This document shows, piece after piece, positions 28,143 through 39,660 of a stretch of 64,000 bases of DNA (positions within the stretch are counted from its first letter, which is position 1; the number at the start of each line of letters is the position of its first letter). Under the pieces are notes generated by a model. The model ran no database searches and was not told where the DNA came from. It worked only from the letters and a program-made list of their open reading frames with translations. The stretch comes from Fibrobacteria bacterium (GTDB lineage: Bacteria; Fibrobacterota; Fibrobacteria; UBA11236; JADFYW01). Location of the stretch: NCBI GenBank assembly GCA_965261055.1, contig OZ253440.1, positions 625,564-689,563 of the forward strand, written 5' to 3'. The translations under genes and the position numbers were made by a program.

Positions 28143-28823
28143 ATGATTATTCGTTTTAATCATGTTTATAAAAGTTATAAGAATACTAACTTTGCTTTGA
28201 ATAATATTCACCTTGAAATAAACAAAGGGGATTTTGTCTTCTTATTAGGAAAAAGTGGAGCTGGCAAAACAACCTTTCTAAAACACCTCTACATGGAAAA
28301 TGTTCCTGATCGCGGTGAAGTTGTCATAAGCCTTAGCAAAAATGTTGTTTACAACTCAAACAAAATAAAGTTCAAACAAATCCAACTTTTACGTCAAAAA
28401 ATAGGGATTATTTTTCAAGACTTCAAACTTTTTAACGATAGAAATGTCTTTGAAAACATTGCTTTTCCTCTTAAACTTCAATGGGGTGATCAAACAAAAA
28501 TCAAAAACCGTGTTTACGAGGTTTTATCTGAATATGGTTTATCACATAAAGCAAATCAATTCCCATATGAGCTCTCTGGAGGAGAACAACAGCGTATCGC
28601 TATCGCCAGAGCGATTGTAAATTACCCCTATCTCATTATTGCTGATGAACCCACTGGTAATCTTGACATGGCTAATTCTATAGAAGTTTTGAATATTTTT
28701 AAAAAAACTCATGCCAAAGGAACAACAATCGTCATGGCAACCCACGAACGACAACTCATCAAAAGCCTACCCTATCATGTCGTTGAGATTGATAAAGGCA
28801 AAGTTTTACACCAAAATTTCTAA
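28143..28823 (+). CDS. ftsE: ABC transporter ATP-binding protein, FtsE-like (cell-division ABC ATPase family); no adjacent permease gene
   Basis: 226 aa with Walker A GKSGAGKTT, an ABC signature LSGGEQQRIAIARA, and a Walker B IIADEPT. Its size and sequence are FtsE/LolD-like. The absence of ftsX downstream makes the assignment tentative. Confidence 0.65.
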   Translation: MIIRFNHVYKSYKNTNFALNNIHLEINKGDFVFLLGKSGAGKTTFLKHLYMENVPDRGEVVISLSKNVVYNSNKIKFKQIQLLRQKIGIIFQDFKLFNDRNVFENIAFPLKLQWGDQTKIKNRVYEVLSEYGLSHKANQFPYELSGGEQQRIAIARAIVNYPYLIIADEPTGNLDMANSIEVLNIFKKTHAKGTTIVMATHERQLIKSLPYHVVEIDKGKVLHQNF

Positions 28824-30994
28824 TGCAAAATCAAAGTGCTTTTCTTTCTAAGTTAAACCCTGTTCAACGACAAGCTTGTAAATCCATCAACGGACCTCAA
28901 CTTTTATTAGCTGGAGCCGGGAGCGGAAAAACAAGAGTCTTAACTTTTAAAATTGCTCACTTAATTGAGCACCATAATGTTGATTCTTCTCAAATTTTAG
29001 GTGTTACTTTTACAAATAAAGCAGCAAAAGAAATGAAGGAAAGAATCCATCAACTTTTGCCATCCTCTCACCCTTTACCCTGGATAGGAACTTTCCATTC
29101 AATCTGTCTAAAAATTTTAAAACGATATTCTCACCATATTGGCTTCACAAACCAATTTACAATCTACGATACCAGTGAACAAAAGAAGGTCATTAAACAA
29201 ATTTTAAAAGAACAAAATGAACCTCTAGGAATCAATACACCATCCCATATCAAAGAAGTTATTTCATACTATAAGAACAAAAATTTAACTCCTGAACAAG
29301 CTCAAAAACGCAAAGAAAATCAAGATGAGAAACATTTAAGAGAAATTTTCATTTATGACTGTTATCAAAAATTACTTCTTAAACAAAATTCAATGGATTT
29401 TGACGATTTAATTTTTAATACTGAAACATTATTAAAAAAAATTCCAGAAATACAAGAAGTTTACCAAAAATATTTCCAATATATTTTTATTGATGAATTT
29501 CAAGATACCAATAAATCTCAGTTTGATTTAATCTGTTTACTTTTAAACAAAAAAAAAAATATCACGGTAGTTGGAGATGAGGATCAAAGTATTTACAAAT
29601 GGAGGGGAGCAGATATTCAAAATATTTTATCTTTTCAAAAATACTTTCCTAATTCTAAAACAATCAAACTAGAACAAAATTACCGTAGTTCTAGTAACAT
29701 TCTAAATTTAGCGAATTCAGTCATTAAAAATAATACGGAACGATTAGGTAAAAAAAATTGGACAAACAATTCTGCTGGAGATTTAGTAGAATTAAAAGTC
29801 TGTCAAGATGAAACAGAAGAGGCTAACTGGGTCGCAAAGAAAATTTTGTCTTGCCAAGATTTTAAATCCATAGCTATTTTATACCGTACGAACGCTCAAT
29901 CTAGAACCCTTGAAGAACAACTCATCAAAAACAGGATTCCTTATGTTATTTTAAAAGGAACTAGATTCTACGAACGCAAAGAAATTAAAGACATACTCGC
30001 CTACCTTCAAATTTTAATCAACCCACAAGACGATAATAGCCTTAAAAGAATTATTAATACACCCAAAAGAACGATTGGTTTAAAAACAATAGAAGACCTA
30101 ACTTTAATAAGCCAACAGCAATCTATCTCACTCTACGAATGTTTACAGAGAATCAATGAATGGAGTTTTGGTAAAGCTACCCACAAAATTAATTCCTTTG
30201 TAAAGATGATTGAGTTTTTTAAACAAAAAGAGAAAGAAACTTCATTATCACAACTCATTGAACTTGTTATTACTCAATCTGGGTATGAAGAAATGCTCCA
30301 ACTATCCAAAGAACATGATATGTTAAGTCAATTAGACAATGTAAAAGAACTCGTCGCTTCTGCCGAAGATTTTTGTAACCAAATAGAAAATCCAACCTTA
30401 TCTTTATATCTGCAAGAACTATCCCTATTTTCTGATAATGATACTATATCAACTCAAGAAACCGTCTCTTTAATGACAGTTCATAGCTCCAAAGGTCTTG
30501 AATTTAATTTTGTATTCTTAACTGGGCTAGAAGAAGAATTATTTCCTCTAAGTTCAGATGAAATTGAAGAAGAACGACGCCTCTTTTATGTTGCGACAAC
30601 GCGTGCCGAAAAAAAGTTGTGTCTGACTTCCACACAATCTCGTAGAGTATGGGGTAACACCCAGTTTAAAAGACTCTCTAGGTTTATCAAAGAAATTGAT
30701 ACCCAATACCTAGAATATTCAGACCCTATAGAGTCTAAAAAAAATCAAGAATTCTTTTCTTTTTCTGGTTTAGAATACGATGAATCCTCTTATTTTCAAG
30801 ATCAAACATACGATGAATTTGAAACACAAGCTCCCTCATTTAAAAAGGGACAAAAAGTGTATCACCAACACTTTGGCAATGGTAAAATTACCCGTGTTGA
30901 CGGCACTGGAGAAATGGCAAAAGTTAGTGTTGATTTCCAAGGAACAACCAAAAGACTCGTTGTAAAATTTTCTAATTTATCTTTAGTTTATTAA
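28823..30994 (+). CDS. uvrD: ATP-dependent DNA helicase UvrD/PcrA family with a C-terminal extension
   Basis: 723 aa with Walker A AGAGSGKTRVL, a UvrD helicase N domain, and conserved C-domain motifs (TVHSSKGLEF, VATTRA). Its last ~150 codons are duplicated, in decayed form, at 33205-33660. Confidence 0.9.
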   Translation: MQNQSAFLSKLNPVQRQACKSINGPQLLLAGAGSGKTRVLTFKIAHLIEHHNVDSSQILGVTFTNKAAKEMKERIHQLLPSSHPLPWIGTFHSICLKILKRYSHHIGFTNQFTIYDTSEQKKVIKQILKEQNEPLGINTPSHIKEVISYYKNKNLTPEQAQKRKENQDEKHLREIFIYDCYQKLLLKQNSMDFDDLIFNTETLLKKIPEIQEVYQKYFQYIFIDEFQDTNKSQFDLICLLLNKKKNITVVGDEDQSIYKWRGADIQNILSFQKYFPNSKTIKLEQNYRSSSNILNLANSVIKNNTERLGKKNWTNNSAGDLVELKVCQDETEEANWVAKKILSCQDFKSIAILYRTNAQSRTLEEQLIKNRIPYVILKGTRFYERKEIKDILAYLQILINPQDDNSLKRIINTPKRTIGLKTIEDLTLISQQQSISLYECLQRINEWSFGKATHKINSFVKMIEFFKQKEKETSLSQLIELVITQSGYEEMLQLSKEHDMLSQLDNVKELVASAEDFCNQIENPTLSLYLQELSLFSDNDTISTQETVSLMTVHSSKGLEFNFVFLTGLEEELFPLSSDEIEEERRLFYVATTRAEKKLCLTSTQSRRVWGNTQFKRLSRFIKEIDTQYLEYSDPIESKKNQEFFSFSGLEYDESSYFQDQTYDEFETQAPSFKKGQKVYHQHFGNGKITRVDGTGEMAKVSVDFQGTTKRLVVKFSNLSLVY

Positions 30995-31088
30995 TTGTTT
31001 TACAAACAAAACGAATCAAATATAAGTTATTAAATTATTTGGGGTTTTTAAATTCTTAAATTGGGCAAATTAGAAGGCTAAAATATTA

Positions 31089-31960
31089 ATGAGTGAAAAG
31101 AAAGACTTTACATTTATAGACCTATTTTCAGGAATTGGTGGATTTTATATTGCCCTACATAATTTAGGAGGAAAGTGTGTCTTTGCATCCGAAATGGACA
31201 CACACGCAAGAAAAACATACGAGCACAATTTTAAAAAATTATCTCCAGAATTATTTAAAAATAACATGTTCAATGACGACATACTAAATGTAACTTCTTC
31301 CGATATTCCAGATTTTGATATTTTATGTGCAGGATTTCCTTGTCAAACTTTTAGCCAAGCAGATTTTAAAAGAGGATTTAATGACAATCATAATTCCGAA
31401 AGAGGTAATTTATTTTACAATATTGTAGATATTTTAGAAGAGAAAAAACCAAAAGCATTTTTTATTTAAAATGTAAGAGGCTTAATTAAACACAACAATG
31501 AAAATATATGTAAGTTAATTAGAAATATTTTGAAAAATGACTTAGAATATTCATTCTATTTCAAAATAGTAAAAGCATCTGATTATGGTTTACCACAATT
31601 AAGACCAAGAGTATTTATGATTGGTTTTAGAGATGAAGGGTTTATGAAAGGTTTTACTTTTCCTAAAAAGAAATCTCTAAAATATAATATGAGTGGTGTT
31701 TGGGATGGACAATGCAGTAGAGAAATTGGATATACTTTAAGAGTTGGAGGTAGGGGCTCAAAGATAGATGACAGAAGAAATTGGGATGCTTATTTGGTAA
31801 ATGGTAAAGTTAAACAATTAGGTCTCAAACAAAGAAAAAGAATGCAAGCCTGATAACTATGAGTTTCTAGTCAGTTAATACACAAGTAATAAAACAACTT
31901 GGAAATAGTATAGCAATAGATGCCATACAAGAAGTCACAAAACAAATGATAAATCACTTA
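31089..31960 (+). pseudogene. DNA (cytosine-5)-methyltransferase pseudogene (premature TAA in motif VI plus frame disruptions)
   Basis: Motif I FSGIGGF and motif IV GFPCQTFS are intact. The ORF ends ...KPKAFFI* where LENV is expected, and the next codons read NVRGL, so GAA became TAA in ENV. A downstream piece (31530..31853) carries motif VIII-like QLRPRVFMIGF. Motif X QLGNSIAIDAIQEV appears in a third frame near 31885-31930. Confidence 0.8.
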
Positions 31961-32990
31961 AAATCGATAAACACCTTGTCTTCAGATATGAAAAAAACCA
32001 AAAATAAAGAAGAATGGACTGAACTTTTAATATTTATAAAATTATTAACTGAACAAAAACTACAATTATCTGACAAAGACTTAAATCCTAAAAACAATTT
32101 TTTAACATTCAAAAAGTTACAACTCATAATTTAGATTTGGAATTTTTCATAATTGATAAAACTACTATTCAATTAAAAAATAAGACATCTAACGAATTAA
32201 AAAACATCCAAATATCAGATCTTTTAAATCAACAAGTTCTTAACGAGACTACAAATGCTATTATTGAAGGTAAAAAAAATTTACCATCCCCACTTTCGAT
32301 ATTGTACAAAAACATTTAGAATTTTCAACAGTAAAAGGTGGGACAAGTTCTCAAAAAGCTGATATAATCTTAGATATTCAAAATATAGAAATTGACACAA
32401 AAATGAGAGGTTTGGAATTAAATCGTATTTAGGAAGTAAACCCACTTTATTAAATGCTTCTGGAAATACTAATTTTATTTTTGAGGTTAGTGGCATTGAG
32501 TGTAAATATCTAGATAAAATCAACGGAATTGACACAAAAACTAAACTAAAAGATAGAATACAGTTTATAGAAGAATTAGGCGGGATATTAAAGTACATTG
32601 GTGCTTAAAAAGAAACAATAAATTATAATCTAAAAATGACCGATAGTTTAATGCCAAATATTATTAGAGAACTGCTTCTAAGTTTTTATAAAAAAGAATT
32701 TCTAAACTCATAAAAATAGTTAATAACATTGATGCTGTAGGTACATTGAATTCTCAAATTAATTACGGAAATAAAAAAGTTTAGAAATAAAAATTAAAAA
32801 ATTGTTAGTCAATATTCTTTTAGGTTTTTTAGCTGGCACAAAATGGAATGGAGATTACGAATCTAATGGAACAATCATAATGAAAAAATCAAGAGATATT
32901 CTTGGGTTTCATATTATTGATTTTAAAAATCTAAAAGACTATTTATTTGAAAACATTAAATTAGACACTCCTTCTTCTACTTGAGTTTGG
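31946..32990 (+). pseudogene. Putative type II restriction endonuclease remnants (fragmented across all three frames), partner of the decayed C5-MTase
   Basis: Consecutive short ORFs and inter-ORF translations (e.g. FSTVKGGTSSQKADIILDIQNIEIDTKMRGLELNRI*, SKPTLLNASGNTNFIFEVSGIECKYLDKINGIDTKTKL...) read as one protein interrupted by stops and frameshifts. The total span of ~1 kb is appropriate for a REase. The family is not securely identified. Confidence 0.3.
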
Positions 32991-33204
32991 AAAAAACTAT
33001 AAAGAGAAAATAGGAAATTGTATTTTAAATTAAATTTACAACTAAGATTCTAATACCAGTGACTAAGTATATAAAAATAGCGGAATGAAATAAGCACTAA
33101 AACAAATTAAGAATAATTTAAGCATGAAGCAAGTAGAATTTTACTACAACCCGAATTTACATACCACCAAATACGGGAAGCCAGAGAAAGTTTTAAAAAG
33201 GTTT

Positions 33205-33660
33205 AACATTTGAACAGATAAAATTGAAAAGAACGACTCCTCTTTTATGTTGCAACAACACATGCCTAAAAAGTTGTGTCTAACTTCCGCACAATCTCAT
33301 AGAGTATGAGGTAACCCAGTTAAAAGAGTCTCTAGATTTATCAAAGAAATTGACACCCAATAACCTGGATATTTAGACTCTATAGAATCTGAAAAAAGTC
33401 AAGAATCCTTTTCTTTTTTTGATTCAAAATACGATGAATTCTCTTATTTTCAAGATCAAACATACGATGAATTTAAAACACAAACTCCCTCATTTAAAAA
33501 GGGACAAAAAGTGCATCACTAACACTTTGACAATAGTAAAATTACCCGTGTTGACGGCACTGAAGAAATGACAACGATTAGTACAATTTCCAAGGAACAA
33601 CTAAAAGACTCGTTGTAAAATTTTCTAATTTATCTTTAATTTATTAGATACTTCTCATAC
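33205..33660 (+). pseudogene. Decayed duplicate of the uvrD 3' end (~455 bp, roughly 85-90% identical to 30553-31010, with stops and indels)
   Basis: Direct alignment by eye of 33233-33655 with 30567-30994 (e.g. CTCTTTTATGTTGC(A/G)ACAAC, GTTGTGTCT(A/G)ACTTCC, ACCCGTGTTGACGGCACTG(A/G)AGAAATG, TCGTTGTAAAATTTTCTAATTTATCTTTA). The translation contains several stops (HRV*GN, KVHH*HF). Confidence 0.85.
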
Positions 33661-33849
33661 ACTCAAGATTTTATTACACTCTGTGTTCACAACAGTTTTT
33701 ATCCAAGCTTTAAAGTCAATAATTGTTCAGATAAATCATAAGCTTTCAGCTTTGCAGTTAATTGCGATTTTTTATTTTTAATTCGTAATTTCATTTCTAA
33801 ATTTGAAATACTATCCTTTAATTTGATATTTGATAAAAGAGCTTCATAA

Positions 33850-34646
33850 ACTGTATTCCTATTAATTTCTTTTCACCTATATGATAAAAATGTTCTTTTG
33901 TCTCAACGTAATAATCTTTCCAAATTGGGAATACATAATCATTAGTCCGATATTTATTACTTAGCCAAATTGACAGAATAAATTTACAATTTGAATTTAC
34001 TAGATCTTGGTTTAAAACAATTTCCTCTTCTTCTGACCAACTATCAAAATAATCTACATACCTACAATGTATGGAGGATCTGAATAAACTAAATCCGAAT
34101 TATTTAATTCAGATAATGTTTCATTAAAGTTTTGGTGTTTAAATTCACAATCGTCTTGCTCAATAATTTTAGAAATATTTTTCACTTGATTGAATATTTT
34201 AGTAACCAATACTTGAGTAAAAAATTTAGTTTTTGCAAAAGGAACATTGTAACCTCCTTTTTATTAAACTGCATCATACCGTTAAAGCAAGAACGACTTA
34301 GAAATAAAAAGTCCAAAGTATTCTCTGTATCATTAAATCTATTTCTTATAGTATAATAGTATTCGCCTTCTGTCTCTAGTAATTATTCTCCTTCTTCATT
34401 TAGAAATTGTCTAACTTGACTACTTGAAATTTCTTTATTTTGTAATACTTTATAAAAATTTATCAGATGAGGATTACTATCACAAAGAAGAACTTTTTTA
34501 GGCAGTACATTAAATGCAACTACACCAGTCCCCATAAAAGGCTCAACCCAAAGGTCAAATTCAATTTCTTTTACATTTAAAGAAATCCATTTTACAAGTT
34601 TGGTTTTAATACCTTGGGATTTTATTGATGGAACAAAAATTTTCAT
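33850..34646 (-). pseudogene. Dam-like (D12 class) N6-adenine DNA methyltransferase, fragmented
   Basis: The N-terminal fragment 34383..34646 (87 aa) has motif [14 protein letters not shown] (Dam: EPFxGxGxV). A catalytic motif IV DPPY is found on the same strand ~450 bp downstream (SDPPYIV, around 34066-34083) but out of frame with the N-terminal piece. Stops and frameshifts lie between them. Confidence 0.55.
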
Positions 34647-34854
34647 TTCTTATTTTTTATTTTGACTTAACTGGATTAATTTTATCTAACTCCTATCCCT
34701 TTGAATTCAAGAAATTCAGTCAGTTTTGTTAATTTTTTAAGATGACCTGTTTGCTTTGAATTGGGAAGCTTTAAAACACCTTGATTAATCCAATATTCAT
34801 CAAATATTTTTTCTCCAAAATTTTTGAATACTCCATCTCCTTTTAGAATATCTT

Positions 34855-35130
34855 CTATGTATTGGATCTTTCTATGTTTGCAGTATTGCCACTACCTCCT
34901 TTATCACTTGATATTTTCCATTTTTCTTCTGTAAAGAAAACTAAGTCTTTTATTACTGAAGTAATTTTATCTAATTCATTTAATTCTAATTTTTTAGTTT
35001 CATCTATTTTAACTGATAATCTCCTTGAATATAAAATTCCCAAACAGATGCGAAAAGTATACTCAACATAAGGGAATTGAATATTTTTAGCACTTATTTT
35101 AATTCTAAAATACTCCCCTATATAAACCAA
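34855..35130 (-). CDS. Hypothetical protein (91 aa), no recognisable domain
   Basis: The only support is the ORF, inside the decayed accessory region. It may itself be a gene fragment. Confidence 0.2.
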   Translation of the reverse strand: MVYIGEYFRIKISAKNIQFPYVEYTFRICLGILYSRRLSVKIDETKKLELNELDKITSVIKDLVFFTEEKWKISSDKGGSGNTANIERSNT

Positions 35131-35590
35131 GGGTTAAACCATTACAAAATCCATCGTAGTCATCTAAACGATATATTGTTTATCTCTACTGCAAATTTTA
35201 CTTTAGGATTTTTCTTATTTACAAAAGATAAATCTAGATATCAATTTTGCATTTTAGCAAAAATAATTTCGTATCAATTTTGATCTGCAAATTCCTAAAA
35301 TTTCGGAAAAAGTTGTATCTCCAATATTTTTGATATTATTTTAGTATTAGAAGATATAGTATAAATACTTTTTTCAACATCAATAAACCCTTTAACTTTC
35401 TAATCTCCAATTTTATCAGAAACATATTCTGTTAATTCCTTGGAAAATTCTATTAATTTCTTTAAAAACTCTTTTTTATACACTCATTTGCACACTATAA
35501 CGGAATTATTCTTAAGTTATAAATTATTCATTCTCATAGTTACCATTTTAAAGCTACTAACTGAAATATAAATACCAACATTTGTTTATA

Positions 35591-36190
35591 CTAAGCTTTA
35601 ATAAACAATAGTTTAGATAATACAGAAAAATGTTTTTGAGCTAATTCAAAAAGACCAAACATTAAACCAGAAAAGACTAAATTACCTAATAAAATTCCTT
35701 TTAGAAATGGTAAAGCTAAAACATAACATTTTACAAAGCCTGCAATGTCTTTTGTAAACGATAGCCCTGTAGTAAAATCTAAGCCACCAAACCATACACC
35801 GAAATCAGAAATAACCCAATGCACTAAAGACGCTCCTAAAGCAGAAATGAAAATACTTTTAAACGATACTTTTTTTATAAAAGAACCGATAACAACAGCA
35901 AAAGCAAAAGCAACATAAGTCCAAATCCAACCTTGATAAAGGAGACCTGTACTATACTTTGGGAAAAAAGCATGCATAATCACTAAATCGCTGATAAATA
36001 AAGCCATTAATGGGAATATAAAAGATTTTAGTTTACTAGAAAAATAACATCCTCCAAAAAGAGCCATAGCACCAATCGGTGTAAAGTTTTCTATAGGTAA
36101 ACTTATTTGAGAAACAAACAATCTCCAACAAGCAACAAAAAAAATAAAGGCAATAAGAACTAAAGTACGAAGATGGAGTGTTTTTTTCAT
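35591..36190 (-). CDS. Polytopic integral membrane protein (5-6 TM), function unknown (possibly a small-solute/ECF-S-component-like transporter)
   Basis: 199 aa, strongly hydrophobic with multiple predicted TM helices and no soluble domain. Confidence 0.45.
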   Translation of the reverse strand: MKKTLHLRTLVLIAFIFFVACWRLFVSQISLPIENFTPIGAMALFGGCYFSSKLKSFIFPLMALFISDLVIMHAFFPKYSTGLLYQGWIWTYVAFAFAVVIGSFIKKVSFKSIFISALGASLVHWVISDFGVWFGGLDFTTGLSFTKDIAGFVKCYVLALPFLKGILLGNLVFSGLMFGLFELAQKHFSVLSKLLFIKA

Positions 36191-36420
36191 TTTAACCTTT
36201 TTTATCTATAGAAAGATAGAAGAACTAAAATAATTTATCAAGACTTATCTATTGAACAATTACCCTAGATGAAAACAACTCGCATATTATTTTCAAGACC
36301 TTAATATTCTATTACTCTACCTCAAAAGTAAAAAGAAAACTTCCTATAAATGTTATAGACTATTTTTCTATTTTATTATTTAATATTCATTCCTATAAAA
36401 TTTAGCTAACTATCCTCATT

Positions 36421-39400
36421 ATGCCTAAACGACAAGACCTTAAAAGTATTATGATTATTGGAAGCGGACCTATTGTTATCGGTCAAGCTTGTGAATTTGA
36501 CTATTCTGGAACTCAAGCTTGTAAAGTACTCAAGGAAGAGGGTTATCGTATCATTTTAGTAAACTCTAATCCAGCAACTATTATGACAGATCCAGAAACA
36601 GCTGATGCATGTTATATAGAAGCTCTAACACAAGATGTGTGTGCAAAAATTATTGAAAAAGAAAAACCAGATGCATTACTTCCAACCCTAGGGGGACAAA
36701 CTGGTTTAAACATTGCTATCGAGCTTTCTGAACATGGTGTTTTAAAGAAATTCAATGTTGAACTTTTGGGAGCAAATCTCAAAACAATACAAAAAGCTGA
36801 ATCACGCGATTTATTTCGCAATGCCATGAACAAAATTGGATTAAAATCAGCTCCTTCATATATTGCTCGTACAATGGAAGAAGCGATTGCTAGTAAAGAA
36901 AAATTAGACTTACCAGTCATCATCCGTCCTGCATTCACTATGGGTGGTATCGGAAGCGGTTTAGCCTTTAACGACAAGCAATTTGAAACGATTGTAAAAA
37001 GCGGTTTGCAACATAGCCCTGTCAACGAAATTTTGATTGAAACCTCTATCTTAGGTTGGAAAGAATACGAAATGGAAGTCATTCGTGACCGTAAAGATAA
37101 TGTTGTCATTGTTTGTTCTATTGAAAATTTAGATGCTTTAGGCATTCATACTGGAGATTCTATTACTGTGGCTCCATCTCAAACTCTCACAGATAAAGAA
37201 TATCAATACATGAGAAATGCTTCCATCGCTGTTGTTAGAGAAATTGGTGTTGAAACTGGTGGTGCAAATGTTCAATTTGCTGTCAATCCAAAAAATGGAG
37301 AGCTCGTTATTATTGAAATGAACCCTAGAGTCTCTCGCTCCTCCGCCCTAGCCTCTAAAGCAACAGGCTTCCCAATTGCTAAAATTGCAGCTCAACTTTC
37401 TGTTGGTTATACTTTAGATGAACTTCTAAACGATATTACCAAAGAAACTTCAGCTTGCTTTGAACCCTCTATTGACTATGTTGTAACTAAAATCCCTCGT
37501 TTTACCTTTGAAAAATTCCCTCAGTCCTCTTCTGTTTTAGGTTCTCAGATGAAATCTGTAGGTGAAGCAATGGCAATCGGTAGAACCTTTAAAGAATCTC
37601 TGCAAAAAGCAATGCGTTCTTTAGAAATAGGCTACCCTGGTTTAAGTACCGAATATAATCCTATTACTGATGAAAATCTTTTGACGAATTTAAATTATAA
37701 AGCTCCAGGTATTAACCGACTAATTTCAGCAAAACGAGCTTTAGAATTGGGTTGGAGTCTTAACAAAGTTTTCGAAATATCAAAAATTGACCTTTGGGTT
37801 TTAAATCATATCTTAGAACTTGTTCAATTTGAAAATCAGAATCTAGTCAATAAAAATCTTTCTCAAATTTCAAAAGAAACTTTACTCGAAAGTAAACAAA
37901 AAGGTTACAGTGATAAGCAACTTTCAGATATTCTAAACTGTAAAGAAGACGCTGTATATAAAACGAGAAAAGAATTTAATATTATATCTTCTTTTAAAAC
38001 AGTTGATACTTGTGCTGGTGAATTTCAAGCTTATACACCCTACCATTATTCATCTTACGATGGGCAAAATGAATCTGTCCGATCTTCTAAACCTAAAGTC
38101 ATTATCATTGGGAGTGGTCCTAACCGTATTGGACAAGGAATAGAATTTGATTATTGTTGTGTACATGCTTCGTATGCTCTACAAGAAGAAAACTACGAAT
38201 CAATTATCGTTAATTCTAATCCAGAAACAGTTAGTACTGATTACGATACTTCTGACAAACTCTATTTTGAGCCACTTAACTTTGAAGAAATTATAAGAAT
38301 TGTAGAACAAGAGAAACCAGATGGTGTTATCGTTCAATTTGGTGGACAAACTCCACTTAAACTCGCTCAAATTCTTAAAAACAATGGTGTTCCTATCATT
38401 GGCACAAGTCCAGAGTCTATTGAATTGACTGAAAACCGCAAGCTTTTTTCAAAACTTGCGAACGAAATCGGTTTAAAACAACCTGAACATGGTCTTGCAA
38501 CAAACATTGAAGAAGCTTTAGAAGTGACTCAAAATATAGGATTTCCTATACTGCTTCGACCATCTTTCGTCTTGGGAGGACGTGCAATGATGATTTTACA
38601 CAACTCTAGAGACCTAAAACACTATATGTTGTCAGCTGTTCAAGCTTCTGAAAAACGTCCTGTTTTAATTGACAAATTTCTTAACGGAGCTACTGAAATA
38701 GATGTAGATGCTATCAGTGATGGAAAAAAAGTTGTTATTGCTGGCATTATGCAACACATTGAAGAAGCTGGTATCCATTCGGGAGATTCTGCATGTGTTA
38801 TTCCTCCTTATCAAATTAAAGAATCCATGATTGCACTCATTAAAGATTCTACCACAAAACTTGCTAAGAAGCTCCATGTAATTGGTCTGATGAATGTCCA
38901 GTATGCAATTTTAAAAAATGACCTCTATATCATTGAAGCAAATCCTAGAGCTAGTCGCACAATTCCTTTTGTTAGTAAAGCCATTGGCGTTCCATTAGCT
39001 AAACTTGCGACAAAGGTAATGTTAGGTAAAACTTTAGAGCAATTAAACTTTACCAAAAGCATTACAACCTCTTACAGTTGTGTTAAAGAATCCGTTTTTC
39101 CTTTCATTAAATTTCATAATGTAGATACCTTACTTTCTCCAGAAATGAAATCTACAGGTGAAGTTATGGGCATCGATCACAATTGGGAAATAGCTTTTGC
39201 AAAATCTCAAATTGCTTCTGGAAATAATTTACAAACCTCTGGTAAAATCTTCTTATCCGTTAATGATTTTGACAAAGAGCAACTCATTCCAATTGCAAGT
39301 AACTTACATAAAATGGATTTTTTACTCTATGCTACATCAGGTACTGCTGAAATGCTTAAAAAACACGATATCAATTGTAAATCTATTAATAAAATTCACG

Positions 39401-39645
39401 AAGGATCTCCACATATTGCTGACATCATTGAAACAGAAGATATAAGCTTACTTATTAATTCTCCTTTAAATCAAGCCAGTAATATAGACGATAGTATTAT
39501 CCGTAAAAAGGCTATCCTTAAACAAATACCTTATACAACAACGATTGCAGCAGCAAAAGCGGTTGTAAAAGCTCTTGAACAAATGCAAAATAAAGACCTA
39601 ACTGTTCAATCTCTACAAGAATACCACCGTATCATTCATACTTAA
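36421..39645 (+). CDS. carB: Carbamoyl-phosphate synthase large subunit
   Basis: 1074 aa with two ATP-grasp modules and an MGS-like C-terminal domain. The N-terminal [24 protein letters not shown] matches the CarB hallmark. Confidence 0.95.
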   Translation: MPKRQDLKSIMIIGSGPIVIGQACEFDYSGTQACKVLKEEGYRIILVNSNPATIMTDPETADACYIEALTQDVCAKIIEKEKPDALLPTLGGQTGLNIAIELSEHGVLKKFNVELLGANLKTIQKAESRDLFRNAMNKIGLKSAPSYIARTMEEAIASKEKLDLPVIIRPAFTMGGIGSGLAFNDKQFETIVKSGLQHSPVNEILIETSILGWKEYEMEVIRDRKDNVVIVCSIENLDALGIHTGDSITVAPSQTLTDKEYQYMRNASIAVVREIGVETGGANVQFAVNPKNGELVIIEMNPRVSRSSALASKATGFPIAKIAAQLSVGYTLDELLNDITKETSACFEPSIDYVVTKIPRFTFEKFPQSSSVLGSQMKSVGEAMAIGRTFKESLQKAMRSLEIGYPGLSTEYNPITDENLLTNLNYKAPGINRLISAKRALELGWSLNKVFEISKIDLWVLNHILELVQFENQNLVNKNLSQISKETLLESKQKGYSDKQLSDILNCKEDAVYKTRKEFNIISSFKTVDTCAGEFQAYTPYHYSSYDGQNESVRSSKPKVIIIGSGPNRIGQGIEFDYCCVHASYALQEENYESIIVNSNPETVSTDYDTSDKLYFEPLNFEEIIRIVEQEKPDGVIVQFGGQTPLKLAQILKNNGVPIIGTSPESIELTENRKLFSKLANEIGLKQPEHGLATNIEEALEVTQNIGFPILLRPSFVLGGRAMMILHNSRDLKHYMLSAVQASEKRPVLIDKFLNGATEIDVDAISDGKKVVIAGIMQHIEEAGIHSGDSACVIPPYQIKESMIALIKDSTTKLAKKLHVIGLMNVQYAILKNDLYIIEANPRASRTIPFVSKAIGVPLAKLATKVMLGKTLEQLNFTKSITTSYSCVKESVFPFIKFHNVDTLLSPEMKSTGEVMGIDHNWEIAFAKSQIASGNNLQTSGKIFLSVNDFDKEQLIPIASNLHKMDFLLYATSGTAEMLKKHDINCKSINKIHEGSPHIADIIETEDISLLINSPLNQASNIDDSIIRKKAILKQIPYTTTIAAAKAVVKALEQMQNKDLTVQSLQEYHRIIHT

Positions 39646-39660
39646 AAATATGTAATTTTA

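Noticed and set aside
28143-28823. Calling this gene lolD rather than ftsE
   Set aside because: It cannot be distinguished from sequence alone. No lolC/E or ftsX is adjacent. It is left as FtsE-like with reduced confidence.
32281-32598. 105-aa minus-strand ORF
   Set aside because: It overlaps the plus-strand REase remnants in the decayed island. Hydrophobic low-complexity translation. Probably not a gene.
36612-37145. 177-aa minus-strand ORF (also 38665..38877 and 39197..39445)
   Set aside because: Antisense or embedded within carB. No domain signal. It is an artefact of AT-rich codon usage.
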